NCBI GenBank assembly: GCA_903882905.1
Contig: CAIRYW010000004.1
Coordinates: 49,117 to 113,116 of the forward strand
Source: an uncultured bacterium
GTDB taxonomy: Bacteria; Patescibacteriota; Minisyncoccia; Phycocordibacterales; CAIRYW01
Length of the DNA stretch: 64,000 bases
Reading direction: 5' to 3'
Shown piece after piece: positions 30,753-40,543 of the stretch (positions are counted from its first letter, which is position 1; every line of letters begins with the position of its first letter). The position numbers and the translations under genes are program-made. The notes under the pieces were generated by a model. It had not been told where the DNA came from. It worked only from the letters and a program-made list of their open reading frames with translations, and ran no database searches.

Positions 30753-31676
30753 TTACTTAGATATTCTCGCCTGTAGAAGAGCAATCAACTGCGCCATTAA
30801 AGAAGCTAGCTGTGCTCTTAGTGAAGTAATCAGAGCCTGTTTTTGAGCGTCAGTAATAGTTGTAGAGTTGTTTGACTGCGAATAAATAGAATTAATTTTG
30901 TTTATTGTTTGAGTATCAAGATTTCCAAGATTAGCAGTCAACCCTTGAGCTTTCTGAAACTTAATCAAAGCATTTTTTGTTTTTGTTCCAAAATAATTAC
31001 TTTCGTTACCAGAAGAACCAGAACCAGATGTTGAGACAGTATATCCTTGTGAATTTAAAAATCTTTGAAGGACAATTATCTCTGAATCTGTTACACCAAA
31101 AGCTAATGGGGTAATCAAAAGTGGAGTTGATGAACTTGTAAAAATAGAAGACGTAACTGGTCCTGAAGTAGCAGTCAAGATAGGAGTAACAATTGGGACT
31201 ATGCTACCTCCACCTCCGCCACCAGATGAAGACCCTCCACCAGAAGAACCGCCGCCCCCACCTCCTCCTGTACTTGGAGGAACAGCTACAGCTACAGGAA
31301 TACTGTAAGTAAAATTTAAATTATTTAATTGAGAAACCCCCTCCTGAAATCCAGCAACTGATATAGTCGTACTACCTAAACTTTCTTGTCCAGATAATAT
31401 TGATGGTGATTGGAAAGTAAATGTAATAGGTCCAACACCTTCACCAATATGAAGTTTTTGTGCAGTTGAAGAAGCATAACCATAATTACCAGAACTATCA
31501 GTAACAGACTGTCCTGCTAAAGTAGTTCCGTAATATGCACGAATTATAGTGCCTGTAGGAGCAGTATTACCATTTATGGTTGCAACACCGTAGAAAGCCA
31601 TTGGAAAACTTGGAATAGATTGAGCAAAAGAAAATAATGGTAAAACAAATAAAGCTGTTAGTAGTATCTTTTTCAT
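30753..31676 (-). CDS. secreted protein with Gly-rich linker and C-terminal putative peptidoglycan-binding (PG_binding_1-like) domain
   Basis: 307 aa. Signal peptide MKKILLTALFVLPLFSFA. (G)n/(S)n linker. C-terminal LQRFLNSQGY...YFGTKTKNALIKFQKAQGLTANLGNLDTQT. Confidence 0.55.
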   Translation of the reverse strand: MKKILLTALFVLPLFSFAQSIPSFPMAFYGVATINGNTAPTGTIIRAYYGTTLAGQSVTDSSGNYGYASSTAQKLHIGEGVGPITFTFQSPSILSGQESLGSTTISVAGFQEGVSQLNNLNFTYSIPVAVAVPPSTGGGGGGGSSGGGSSSGGGGGGSIVPIVTPILTATSGPVTSSIFTSSSTPLLITPLAFGVTDSEIIVLQRFLNSQGYTVSTSGSGSSGNESNYFGTKTKNALIKFQKAQGLTANLGNLDTQTINKINSIYSQSNNSTTITDAQKQALITSLRAQLASLMAQLIALLQARISK

Positions 31677-31681
31677 AAGTT

Positions 31682-33316
31682 TTATTGAACGTTAGTTCTC
31701 CAGGATGAAAGGTCCTGCATAAAATTAATTAGCTGATTACCTTGAGAAGTATTTACACTTATTCCTTCAAACTGGACAGCGTATGTGTTTACTCCTGGGT
31801 TCAATACAGCAAATGTGTAAGTAACTGGGATTGTAACATTGTTGTTTCTGCCTAGAGTGAAGCTCTTACTGTCACCAGACAAGGTTGTACCTGTTGATTG
31901 ACTGTAGTTTACAGTTAACAAGTAGTTTGTTGATGTATCTTTAGCACCGTTTGCGTAAACAGTTACAAATGATGTACTTGTTGCAAATGAAGGTGTTGAA
32001 GATGAAAGTAGACCAAATGTTGCATCTGTTCCTACTGCTGATAGATTCAAATTGAATGTACCTGAGTAAGTTGTAGTTGCATTACCTGATGTATCTGAAG
32101 GACCAACTGTCTTAACCAAGTTTGCTGAATTTAGAGCAACTTGTAGACCTAATCCAACAACTTTCTGAGTATTTCCAACAGCTAAACCATTGATTGTAGT
32201 TACTGTTTTATCAGACGAATCATAAAAAACGAAATCTGAAGTTGAAGCGATTACAGTTAGATTTCCTGTAAGAACACCTGTTACATCAACCTTAACTGTG
32301 TAAGGTAGAGTTGAGTTTACAGCAACCAATGCTCCCTGAGTTCCATCTGTGATGTTACTAAATGTAGCAACACCTCCTGAAACTGCAGCTGAAGCAACCT
32401 GTGTTGAACCTTGGTACAAATAAGCAGCAGTAACTGTTCCTTGTGTTCCTGAAGTTGCAACGTTGATTGCTAGGTTATGAAGGTGAACAGCATCGTTTTG
32501 AGCGTTAACATCAAAAATCAATACTGGAAGCTTCAAATACTGACCGTTTGTTGTGTCAGTAACTGCAACTTGACTTTGTTGAGGTGAAGATGAGTCAAGT
32601 GAAATATTAACGTATGCGGTTGTTGATGATGAAGTAGTAGTTGCTGGAATATCATTATTTTGAGTACCAATATATGAGGCTCCAGGTTGAGTAATATATA
32701 TTGCATATCCTTTAGTTTCTCTAAAATCATTCAAACTATTTACATCACTAGGAATAGCTGTTTGCCATTTGTCAGAAACAGAAACACTATTTATATTTGA
32801 ACTACTAGCTGTTAAATCAACAACTGAATCATAGTCACCAGAAAGTGAATTTAAGATACTACTTGGGTTATTTGTATTAGTAGATGCGTCTGTGACTGGG
32901 TCGGCATATGTTGGGTTAGCAATACCTATTGAATACCATCCAGCTGAGGAAAAAGTTCTTGAAAAAAATCTTTGGTTTGGAGTAGTGCTTGCTCCGTAAT
33001 TAAAAATTAATGTTTGTGTAGTTGTGCTTTTGTTATTTATAAAATATCCATAAAGAGGAGTAAATTCTGTTTGCTCAAGGTCAGCCATAGTTGACCAACC
33101 ATCAGTACTTGAAGCATTGAGAACATAAATATCAAAATTGTTTGAAGTTTCAGGAAGAGAAAAGGTATGTGAATCTAATATTCTTGGAGTAGAAATTATA
33201 TTCCATCCTGGAGTGAGTGAGACAGATTGATTATACGATACCGAAGCATTTGCGAAACTAACAATAGAAACAAAAGCTAAAAACACCACCGAGAGTAAAT
33301 ATTTTTTCATATTCAT
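31682..33316 (-). CDS. large secreted Ser/Thr-rich protein, hypothetical
   Basis: 544 aa. Signal peptide. Beta-rich, low-complexity S/T/N composition. No catalytic motif. Confidence 0.5.
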   Translation of the reverse strand: MNMKKYLLSVVFLAFVSIVSFANASVSYNQSVSLTPGWNIISTPRILDSHTFSLPETSNNFDIYVLNASSTDGWSTMADLEQTEFTPLYGYFINNKSTTTQTLIFNYGASTTPNQRFFSRTFSSAGWYSIGIANPTYADPVTDASTNTNNPSSILNSLSGDYDSVVDLTASSSNINSVSVSDKWQTAIPSDVNSLNDFRETKGYAIYITQPGASYIGTQNNDIPATTTSSSTTAYVNISLDSSSPQQSQVAVTDTTNGQYLKLPVLIFDVNAQNDAVHLHNLAINVATSGTQGTVTAAYLYQGSTQVASAAVSGGVATFSNITDGTQGALVAVNSTLPYTVKVDVTGVLTGNLTVIASTSDFVFYDSSDKTVTTINGLAVGNTQKVVGLGLQVALNSANLVKTVGPSDTSGNATTTYSGTFNLNLSAVGTDATFGLLSSSTPSFATSTSFVTVYANGAKDTSTNYLLTVNYSQSTGTTLSGDSKSFTLGRNNNVTIPVTYTFAVLNPGVNTYAVQFEGISVNTSQGNQLINFMQDLSSWRTNVQ

Positions 33317-33456
33317 TTTAATTATTTTTAAGCTAAAACTTACAATAAATAATACAGTACAATTAACATTTTGTCAAAGATAATAAGTGGAAAACATACA
33401 TTTAAGTATTTATAAACTAAGTAGTATTATTACTTAGTAATTTCTCTCACCAGTTA

Positions 33457-33560
33457 TTAATTAAATAAATATTTATGTTTAACTTTTTTCACAATCTAAG
33501 TGTCGGAATAATTCCAGTCTTTATTGCTTTTACTGGTATTTTTCATTCAAATAATAACAA
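33457..33560 (+). repeat. conserved 5' module (upstream box plus leader-peptide coding region), copy 1 of 3
   Basis: agttattaattaaataaat upstream box, then atgtttaacttttttcacaatctaagtgtcggaat...gcttttactgg...tttcattc. About 85% nucleotide identity to the copy at 38678..38780. The same upstream box precedes the copy at 34275. Confidence 0.6.
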
Positions 33561-34269
33561 TTTAGCGATTACCGCTACAACCACAACAAGTGGTGCTACT
33601 TCTACAATAAACATAGAATCAACGACAACTATTCCTGTGGTTCAAACTATCAAAACTTCATCACAAACAAATACTCAAAAACAAATTGAAAATACTCCAG
33701 TTGCACACACAACAACTCAATCACCAACTATGCAGGAACAGGTTCCACAACAAGTTCAACCTACAGGTGAACTTTGTAACGGTACCTATTGGAGTAAGTG
33801 TCAATCGGGACAAAATTTTATTTGTCCACAAAGTGGTAATGCATATTGTCAAAGCTCTCAAGTACCTGTTCAACCACAGCAAACCACAAGTCAGACCCCT
33901 CAAAATCAACAAAATTCTGCTTCAATCACTGATGAACCTCCTGTAATAAATGGTATAACTCTACCCGCAAGAAATTACGCTGGAAGTGCAACTAATTTTT
34001 ATTTGACAGTATCTAACCCACAAGAAAATCCAATGAACTGTTTTGTTGACTGGGGTGATGAAAATGCACTAACTCCTATGTCAACCTCAAAGAGTACAGA
34101 CTTACGTATAGCACAAAATAATGTCCCACAAGAATTTTCACATTCCTACTCCAGTGCGGGCACTTATACAATATCTCTTATTATCACCGAACAAATATTT
34201 AATTCTTCCTCAGGTACTTATTTTGATGGTTTAAAAACACAAACAACTAAAACAATCGTTGTGCAATAA
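33475..34269 (+). CDS. secreted protein with conserved FFHNL-type N-terminal leader, Cys-rich region and C-terminal PKD-like domain
   Basis: 264 aa. Leader MFNFFHNLSVGIIPVFIAFTGIFHS. Cys-rich CNGTYWSKCQSGQNFICPQSGNAYCQ. VDWGDENALT...SHSYSSAGTYTISLIITE resembles the PKD WDFGDG...H.Y...G.Y.V motif. Confidence 0.55.
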   Translation: MFNFFHNLSVGIIPVFIAFTGIFHSNNNNLAITATTTTSGATSTINIESTTTIPVVQTIKTSSQTNTQKQIENTPVAHTTTQSPTMQEQVPQQVQPTGELCNGTYWSKCQSGQNFICPQSGNAYCQSSQVPVQPQQTTSQTPQNQQNSASITDEPPVINGITLPARNYAGSATNFYLTVSNPQENPMNCFVDWGDENALTPMSTSKSTDLRIAQNNVPQEFSHSYSSAGTYTISLIITEQIFNSSSGTYFDGLKTQTTKTIVVQ

Positions 34270-34274
34270 AAGTA

Positions 34275-34380
34275 TTAGTTATTAATTAAATAAATCATAT
34301 GTTCAGTTTTTTTCACAATTTAGGAATAGCATTTGTGTCGGCTTTCGTTGCTTTTACAGGGGCTTTGCATTCCCAACCTT
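34275..34380 (+). repeat. conserved 5' module, copy 2 of 3
   Basis: agttattaattaaataaat box immediately upstream of atgttcagtttttttcacaattta...gcttttacagggg...ttgcattc. Confidence 0.55.
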
Positions 34381-35339
34381 TAGTTCAGACATCTGTAAAT
34401 CAAATTACTGCGACAACTACAGTACAAGCTACAAGTTCTGGGGATATAAAATCAAAGAGTAATTCTGTTCAAAATTCAAAAACAGAAACACAAAATACTG
34501 CGGATAGTGTTCCTCAACCAACAGTTCAAAATATAAATATCCCTACATCAATTACTCCACCTGTTACTACAACTGGTTATGCTTCATACTCAATCCTACC
34601 GTCAAACTTTTCAAATAATCCTCCGTATTATGTTGGAACCAAAATAAAAATCAGTGGAAATATTAAAGATTTTCTAGCTAATGGTGATAGAGCAGTAACT
34701 TCAAATTATATTGAGATAAAACCAGCCAATTCTCAGAACGGCGAACTTCCTTATATGATGCTCCAAATCAACTCTAGTACTAACTACCAACAAGCTGTAT
34801 CAACTTTGACTAAGGGAGATTCTATAACTGCGTACGGAACAATAACAGCAAGTCAAAATTTTACTGACCCTTTAGGAATCGTCAGCATAATTCCAGTTCT
34901 TAATATAGTTAGAATAGATAAGTGCAATACATCGTTATCCTGTAGTGTAAATGTTGGACTACAAACTGTTTTTCCTTATACACCAAGTCAAAGTATTAGT
35001 AACAATGCTAATAATAATTTCGTTTCGATTAGTGCTATACAACAAAATCCTAATTTATATTTAAATCACGTAATATCCACAACTGGTAAAATATATGAAA
35101 TCCTTGACGCTAAAGATGGGGGGAGTTCTTTACTAATGACGCAAGACCCAAAGAGTAGTAGCGACCTAGTTTCAATTGCAGTAGATTCAGTTTTTTTCTC
35201 AAAAAATAATATACAAGTTGGAGATATTATTCAGATGACAGGTACGTTAACATCTAATTCAAACTCTTATCAAAGTGAATATGGTATTGCTGTTCCTTCC
35301 TATTTCATCGAGAGCGGAACCATCACATTAAGTAATTAA
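34299..35339 (+). CDS. secreted protein with conserved FFHNL-type N-terminal leader, hypothetical
   Basis: 346 aa. Leader MFSFFHNLGIAFVSAFVAFTGALHSQPLVQTSVNQITATTT shared with the 38693 product over about 45 aa. Divergent C-terminal region. Confidence 0.5.
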   Translation: MFSFFHNLGIAFVSAFVAFTGALHSQPLVQTSVNQITATTTVQATSSGDIKSKSNSVQNSKTETQNTADSVPQPTVQNINIPTSITPPVTTTGYASYSILPSNFSNNPPYYVGTKIKISGNIKDFLANGDRAVTSNYIEIKPANSQNGELPYMMLQINSSTNYQQAVSTLTKGDSITAYGTITASQNFTDPLGIVSIIPVLNIVRIDKCNTSLSCSVNVGLQTVFPYTPSQSISNNANNNFVSISAIQQNPNLYLNHVISTTGKIYEILDAKDGGSSLLMTQDPKSSSDLVSIAVDSVFFSKNNIQVGDIIQMTGTLTSNSNSYQSEYGIAVPSYFIESGTITLSN

Positions 35340-35514
35340 TAAAATATTTAAAATAAAAAACCCACTAGAAATCGGAAGCTAGTGGGTTTTTATATTGTAT
35401 TATGAAAATTTCAATTTGTTTACCAAGTATTAACAACACTGAATTTATTGATGGAATTAGATATAAGCAACGTTCTAACTTCGTCTAGTACTCCCAGCAG
35501 TAGGCCAAATACAC

Positions 35515-37266
35515 CTAGTTAATTTGTTTATCAGCCTCATATTCCCTCAAAATAAAGGTTAAATACTCACATTCTCTAGCAAATTTGTTCCAAAAATCAA
35601 ACCCCAAGTCCACAAATCGAGATTTATTGGTGTCGAATTCGTTAGATAGCTTGTAGGGTAAGGATAATTTTGGTGTTCCATTAACTATTTCTTCATAAGT
35701 AGGTAGTTTGTCGAATACCAACCCATAAAGGGACCTCAATTTAGTAAAATCCTTTTGTTTTATAAGGTATTCTTCTGGGTGTTCCATTATTTTTTTTACG
35801 TAGCCTACAAAAGCGTGAATATCGTTCTCCTTAATTTCTAATTTATTTCTTTCACCTTCAGTACTCAATATCTGCTTTTGTATTTCCTCAATCTTTTCTT
35901 CAAGGTCTTCTCGGATGATTGTATTAGTAGTCCCTGTAAAGGCATCAATCAATCTTTTCTTTTCTGTTTTAAGTTCAATAACAGTAGTTCCTGTTTGACT
36001 AGCAAATTCTCCAAGCTCTTTTTCTTTTTCCCTATATTTGTTTTTAATAGTTGCCTCGAGGCTTCTAAAGTAATTTTCGTCACTATAAGTTATCTTTTTT
36101 ACAAACTCACTTAAATTCTTTTCGAAAGTATCTTTACTTACCCCGTAATATTTGTGATTTCTACAGCAATGGTAAGTTGGATATTTTTTTATCTTACCTT
36201 TAGGGCTACTGCCCAAAAATGGCTTATCGCAATGAGGACACAAAATTACATCTTTAAAATGAAAAAGTGGGTTATTTCTTGTTCGCTTTAATTGGAGAGG
36301 ATTGAAATCCTTTAAAATTTTAATCGAGCCATTTTTTTGTTCATCGATATAAATCTGACCCCTATTGGCATCATTAAACTTTTTAATGCTTACTAAGCCT
36401 TTATATTGAGTTCTGGTGGGCTCAAGAACCCACTTCTCTATGTTTATTCCACAGTAGATAGGTCTTTTTATGATGCTCTGTAATTTTTTAACAGTAAGCT
36501 TTAATCTACCCCTTGAGCCAATTACTTTACTTTTATCTTTTGACCAGTGTTTTCTATCTCTTGAGCGGTAGCCCATTGCATTGAGTTTTCCGACAATTTG
36601 AATATCAGAAAAAGCACCAGAAGCCCTAAGTTCAAACATTTTTGCAAAGTAATGTGCTCTTTCTGGGTCTGGAACCTGAATAACTCTTTTTTTATTTTCT
36701 ACAAATACTTTTTGATTAATATATCCATCATCAGCTTGTCTAACTTTATAACCTTCTCTTACCAAGTTTATTTCAGAACCAATCATTCTAGTTAGAATCA
36801 CATTCACTTCATTTTTCCCTTGCTGAGCCATAACGAGCTCTGATATTTCGCTTGGATAGATTCTGCTCCAATCATATTCCATACCTAAATGTTCGAGGGT
36901 ATTTTTAGAAGGTTGTATTACTCCATTCGCATCAATTAACTCAACTCCATATTTTGCAAGCAACTGTTTTAACGTTTCGTATCCAAGAGTTCCATTTCTT
37001 GTAAAACGGTCAATGGCACGAAAAATCAAGTAATCAATTTTTTTATTTGATTTTTTTATAAATGTGATGATGTCTTCAATTACTGGTCTTTCATTTTTTC
37101 TACCTGAATATTGTTCCTTGAACACATTAAGCACTTTTAAATTTTTTCTCTCGGCAACGCCTAAACAAATTTTTGCTTGGTCTTCAATGCTTTCGCCTTG
37201 CTGAGCCTGTTTTGTTGTACTTACTCGACAGTATACTAGGCAGTTTTTATGAGGTAAGTTTTCCAT
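35515..37266 (-). CDS. large serine recombinase
   Basis: ORF-track start 37320 is a TTG. The ATG at 37266 (MENLPHKNCLVYCRVSTTKQ) is the likely start. Resolvase catalytic domain (YCRVST...DRFTRN), recombinase domain, zinc ribbon (CPHCDKPF...YHCCRNH), C-terminal coiled coil. Confidence 0.85.
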   Translation of the reverse strand: MENLPHKNCLVYCRVSTTKQAQQGESIEDQAKICLGVAERKNLKVLNVFKEQYSGRKNERPVIEDIITFIKKSNKKIDYLIFRAIDRFTRNGTLGYETLKQLLAKYGVELIDANGVIQPSKNTLEHLGMEYDWSRIYPSEISELVMAQQGKNEVNVILTRMIGSEINLVREGYKVRQADDGYINQKVFVENKKRVIQVPDPERAHYFAKMFELRASGAFSDIQIVGKLNAMGYRSRDRKHWSKDKSKVIGSRGRLKLTVKKLQSIIKRPIYCGINIEKWVLEPTRTQYKGLVSIKKFNDANRGQIYIDEQKNGSIKILKDFNPLQLKRTRNNPLFHFKDVILCPHCDKPFLGSSPKGKIKKYPTYHCCRNHKYYGVSKDTFEKNLSEFVKKITYSDENYFRSLEATIKNKYREKEKELGEFASQTGTTVIELKTEKKRLIDAFTGTTNTIIREDLEEKIEEIQKQILSTEGERNKLEIKENDIHAFVGYVKKIMEHPEEYLIKQKDFTKLRSLYGLVFDKLPTYEEIVNGTPKLSLPYKLSNEFDTNKSRFVDLGFDFWNKFARECEYLTFILREYEADKQIN

Positions 37267-37428
37267 ACGTATATTATATCTCGTTTTTGCTTGTACTGAT
37301 TTCTTCTTTCCACATAGCAAAAAATATCTCAGCTAATTGGTCTTGCTTCTCTCTGAGTTCAAGAATTTGTTCTTCGCTTAATCGTTCAGCCGATGAACCG
37401 AGAGCCGTCTTGTAGTCTTCAAGGCTCA

Positions 37429-37677
37429 TCATAGGCTATTTTGGCTCTGTTTTCGGTTGTCCTCAGAGCAGGAAAGAGCAACAAGGTGTTTGAGAATTAC
37501 TCGTTTATCCTGAGGTCTATAATCAGACTTCTCAACCAACTTATTAAACCAGCGGTTTACTGCATCCTTACTAAAATTTTGTCCCTTTATTGCACGGGAA
37601 AAGTTTATGAAGCTACTTATATTGTTATTTTTTTGTTCTAAGCTGTTGAATCTTCGTTGGATACTTCTCATACCCAA
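37429..37677 (-). CDS. questionable small ORF
   Basis: 82 aa with no motif. Sits between the serine recombinase and the paralogous hypothetical gene. Confidence 0.25.
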   Translation of the reverse strand: MGMRSIQRRFNSLEQKNNNISSFINFSRAIKGQNFSKDAVNRWFNKLVEKSDYRPQDKRVILKHLVALSCSEDNRKQSQNSL

Positions 37678-37726
37678 AAGTCTATTACGTGAGGACTTGC
37701 AAGTAGACTACATTTAAAAAGAACTT

Positions 37727-38464
37727 TTATTTGTCACGGATAGATTTATTTTGCCTATGTATTATTTGTCTAACATTTTCTGGCTCAATATTAAAACCAC
37801 GTTTTCTCATTATTGTTGAAATATTTAAGTCTTTGTATGTTGAAGTTGAGCCACTAATCTTGTTGAGTTCTTTGATTTTCATTTGACCGTAGAGGTATAC
37901 AAGACTGTCTCTTTCTATGTTCGTTGATTGCTTATATTTTGTCTTTACAACTTTATTCTTATGCATCTCTGTAAAAACTTTTTGAAATGATTCGATTAAT
38001 CCTTTTTCTTGCTTTAGGAATAAATTAATATCTGTGGGTCTTGAACTTTCTCCGATTTTTAAATAAATACCATCTTTTAACTCATTTTTAATCCACGCTC
38101 TGTTACGGGGTGTAATTAAATACATATCACATCCAGTAGTACTTGCAGAATCCAACCTAAAATTTTTAACTTTTCCATAATGTATAAAATCATAAATAAC
38201 ATAATCTAGGCTTGATATATCAAAGCCCCAATTACGACTTCTAATTTTTGCCATTAATTCTAAAGATTTAAGGTTGAGTTTTTTATTTTTTATCAGGTCT
38301 GCAAGCCACTTTTTATAATCAATTTCATTTTCAAATCCATCTTCAGGAATAGAAAAAGTTTTTCTATAGTCGTTAACCATAGTGTTAAAGGATTTCTTCG
38401 CAGAAAGTTTTTGCCAAATAGACCTAGCTTTATTATTTTTTAGCATAATACACATAGTATACAA
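37727..38464 (-). CDS. hypothetical protein, recombinase-associated family (paralog of 29667..30746)
   Basis: 245 aa. See the paralog evidence above. Located immediately downstream of a recombinase, as is its paralog. Confidence 0.5.
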   Translation of the reverse strand: MYTMCIMLKNNKARSIWQKLSAKKSFNTMVNDYRKTFSIPEDGFENEIDYKKWLADLIKNKKLNLKSLELMAKIRSRNWGFDISSLDYVIYDFIHYGKVKNFRLDSASTTGCDMYLITPRNRAWIKNELKDGIYLKIGESSRPTDINLFLKQEKGLIESFQKVFTEMHKNKVVKTKYKQSTNIERDSLVYLYGQMKIKELNKISGSTSTYKDLNISTIMRKRGFNIEPENVRQIIHRQNKSIRDK

Positions 38465-38677
38465 CGCATATTCTAGGTGTTATAGTTTAAGTACAACTGA
38501 ATAAAGAAAGTAGCCTAAACTTTGAGATTTTTGTTTCAAGGCACGGTGAAAAGAATCCTGACACGGATAAAAAACCCATCATATGGGGTTACCGTGTCAG
38601 GTCACACTGGGAAACTGGTGTGGATAGCGAAAGCTGTCACCTATGTGGTGGGCTTTTTGCTATTCAATTATTAGGTA

Positions 38678-38780
38678 GCTAATAATAAAAATATGTTCAA
38701 TTTTTTTCACAATCTAAGTATCGGAATTTTCTCTGCGTTTCTAGCTTTTACTGGGGCTTTTCATTCTCAAACACAACCAG
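38678..38780 (+). repeat. conserved 5' module, copy 3 of 3
   Basis: atgttcaatttttttcacaatctaagtatcggaat...agcttttactggggcttttcattc. 32/35 identity with copy 1 across the first 35 coding nucleotides. Confidence 0.6.
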
Positions 38781-39520
38781 TAGTCCAAACGCCCGTAACT
38801 CAAATAGTAGCAACAACTACGGAGCAAACTTCAGTATCTGCTCCAGTACTTAAAACTCCCCAAACTCAAAATTCCACAAAAGAGACACCGACAACTGCCC
38901 CAGCTTCCACTTCAGTACCACCAACAGTGATTTCCAAAAATATCTCAATAAATTATTTGCCTGCTTATCTAGCTTTTCTAAATTCACAAAAAGATTTTTT
39001 TATCAAACAAAGAAGTATCTTAGACCCCCTAATTGCTGATGCACAAAGCAAATCAGATTCATATGATGAGCAGGCAAGCTATTTTAGTGGACTCATAGGT
39101 CAAGGACTTGCTGGACAGATATATCAAGGCGTCGCCAATCAAAGTAAAAGTGCATCTCAAGTATATGTTGCCTTAATTTCATCATTAAAAACGGTTCAGT
39201 CTTTTGATGATGATGCGATAAATATCATCAATGCAGAAGAGAACAAAGACGTTGGATTATTCTTATCATCTGATGAATACACAGCCAAATATAATTCAAT
39301 GGAAACATCTCTCAGTTATCGGTATAACCTAATTGTGAGTGATATAAGTAAGGAGGGAAATGCATATTTTGCTCAAGACAAAAAAATGAGAGATGACGAG
39401 GCACAGTTACTTGGTCAATTACAATCTCTAGCCACAGCTCCTAATCCAGTTAATTTACAACCGCCAACTCCACGAATAACCATTTGTAATTTTTCAGGAA
39501 GTACTATTATCTGTAATTAA
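38693..39520 (+). CDS. secreted protein with conserved FFHNL-type N-terminal leader, hypothetical
   Basis: 275 aa. Leader MFNFFHNLSIGIFSAFLAFTGAFHSQTQPVVQTPVTQIVATTT. C-terminal Cys pair (ICNFSGSTIICN). Confidence 0.5.
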   Translation: MFNFFHNLSIGIFSAFLAFTGAFHSQTQPVVQTPVTQIVATTTEQTSVSAPVLKTPQTQNSTKETPTTAPASTSVPPTVISKNISINYLPAYLAFLNSQKDFFIKQRSILDPLIADAQSKSDSYDEQASYFSGLIGQGLAGQIYQGVANQSKSASQVYVALISSLKTVQSFDDDAINIINAEENKDVGLFLSSDEYTAKYNSMETSLSYRYNLIVSDISKEGNAYFAQDKKMRDDEAQLLGQLQSLATAPNPVNLQPPTPRITICNFSGSTIICN

Positions 39521-39591
39521 ATTCTATGGGACAAGAAACGCTTTTAGCTAATTAGGGATGCTTTATTGCAACCAGTAAGATAGAAAGAAAT

Positions 39592-39921
39592 CTATTTTTT
39601 TATAGTTGTTCCATTGTTTTGTAATTGTTGCGAAAGATTGTCAATTTTAGTATTTATAGATTCGTAAGAAGATGTTTTGGTATTGTTTGATTCTACAACA
39701 AGTGCTTGCATTGCAGTTAATGTAGACACAAATCCTAAAAATAAAACAATAATTACTCCAATTACTATACTCCACATTAAAGTATTAAAAGATTTTATTG
39801 TAGATTTTAAGTCCGAAATTCTTGTATCAAGAGCACTTTCTGTGAGCGGATTAGATACATCAATTTTAGCTTTGCCTGTAGATGTATTATCAGTAATTTT
39901 TTGTTCTATTTCGTTTTTCAT
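39592..39921 (-). CDS. small single-TM membrane protein, hypothetical
   Basis: 109 aa. Central TM WSIVIGVIIVLFLGFVSTLTAM flanked by polar Ser/Thr/Asn-rich regions. Confidence 0.4.
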   Translation of the reverse strand: MKNEIEQKITDNTSTGKAKIDVSNPLTESALDTRISDLKSTIKSFNTLMWSIVIGVIIVLFLGFVSTLTAMQALVVESNNTKTSSYESINTKIDNLSQQLQNNGTTIKK

Positions 39922-40206
39922 TTATAGATTATTTCTCTCTGGAACATCAGTGGCTTTTGCTAAAAATAACCTAATTTCTCCCGTATCAGCATTTAAAAAT
40001 GCTTTTATTACAAGCCCAGACGTCTGAGAAGCTGAAATCATTTGAGCACCAGCTATAGTGACAACAGGGAGCATATTTAGGTGTTGTATTTCAGTCCAAG
40101 TACCTCCTGAAGCATTTAATATTCCTCGTATTTCTTCTAATGAAATTATTCGTGGGGGCATAAATTTATTGTGAAAGTAATTATATATCTTTTTTATCAT
40201 TTTCAA
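39922..40206 (-). CDS. hypothetical protein
   Basis: 94 aa. Start/stop abut the neighbouring genes, giving a three-gene minus-strand operon 40543..39592. Confidence 0.35.
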   Translation of the reverse strand: MKMIKKIYNYFHNKFMPPRIISLEEIRGILNASGGTWTEIQHLNMLPVVTIAGAQMISASQTSGLVIKAFLNADTGEIRLFLAKATDVPERNNL

Positions 40207-40216
40207 AGTACTTATT

Positions 40217-40543
40217 TTATGAAATTATTTCTGATAAAGAAGATGTGTTAGTAGAATCTGGGTCTTTATACTGGGTCAAAATAACTTGAAAAGGCTCAAA
40301 ATCTGTTTCTACATCCATACTTTGTGAGAGTTTTCCGTACGCTCGGTCGGCAAGCCATTCACGAGCTCTCTGGTTGCCTGAGGTAGCTTGCTCTATTGCC
40401 TTATCAACAATTGGCTCGAAAGAAATAATAAGTTTCCGTACAATAAGTTCTCTAGCTTTTTCAGCCTCAATACCAGCAAATCCTTTTTTTCTTCCTGCAT
40501 TTTGTCTGTAACCGCCTCTCATAATTTGATAAGAATCAAACAA
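40217..40543 (-). CDS. hypothetical protein with basic N-terminal HTH-like segment (phage/mobile-element-like)
   Basis: 108 aa. GGYRQNAGRKKGFAGIEAEKARELI resembles the GRPxxG DNA-binding N-termini of terminase-small-subunit/transposase HTH proteins. Weak. Confidence 0.35.
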   Translation of the reverse strand: MFDSYQIMRGGYRQNAGRKKGFAGIEAEKARELIVRKLIISFEPIVDKAIEQATSGNQRAREWLADRAYGKLSQSMDVETDFEPFQVILTQYKDPDSTNTSSLSEIIS

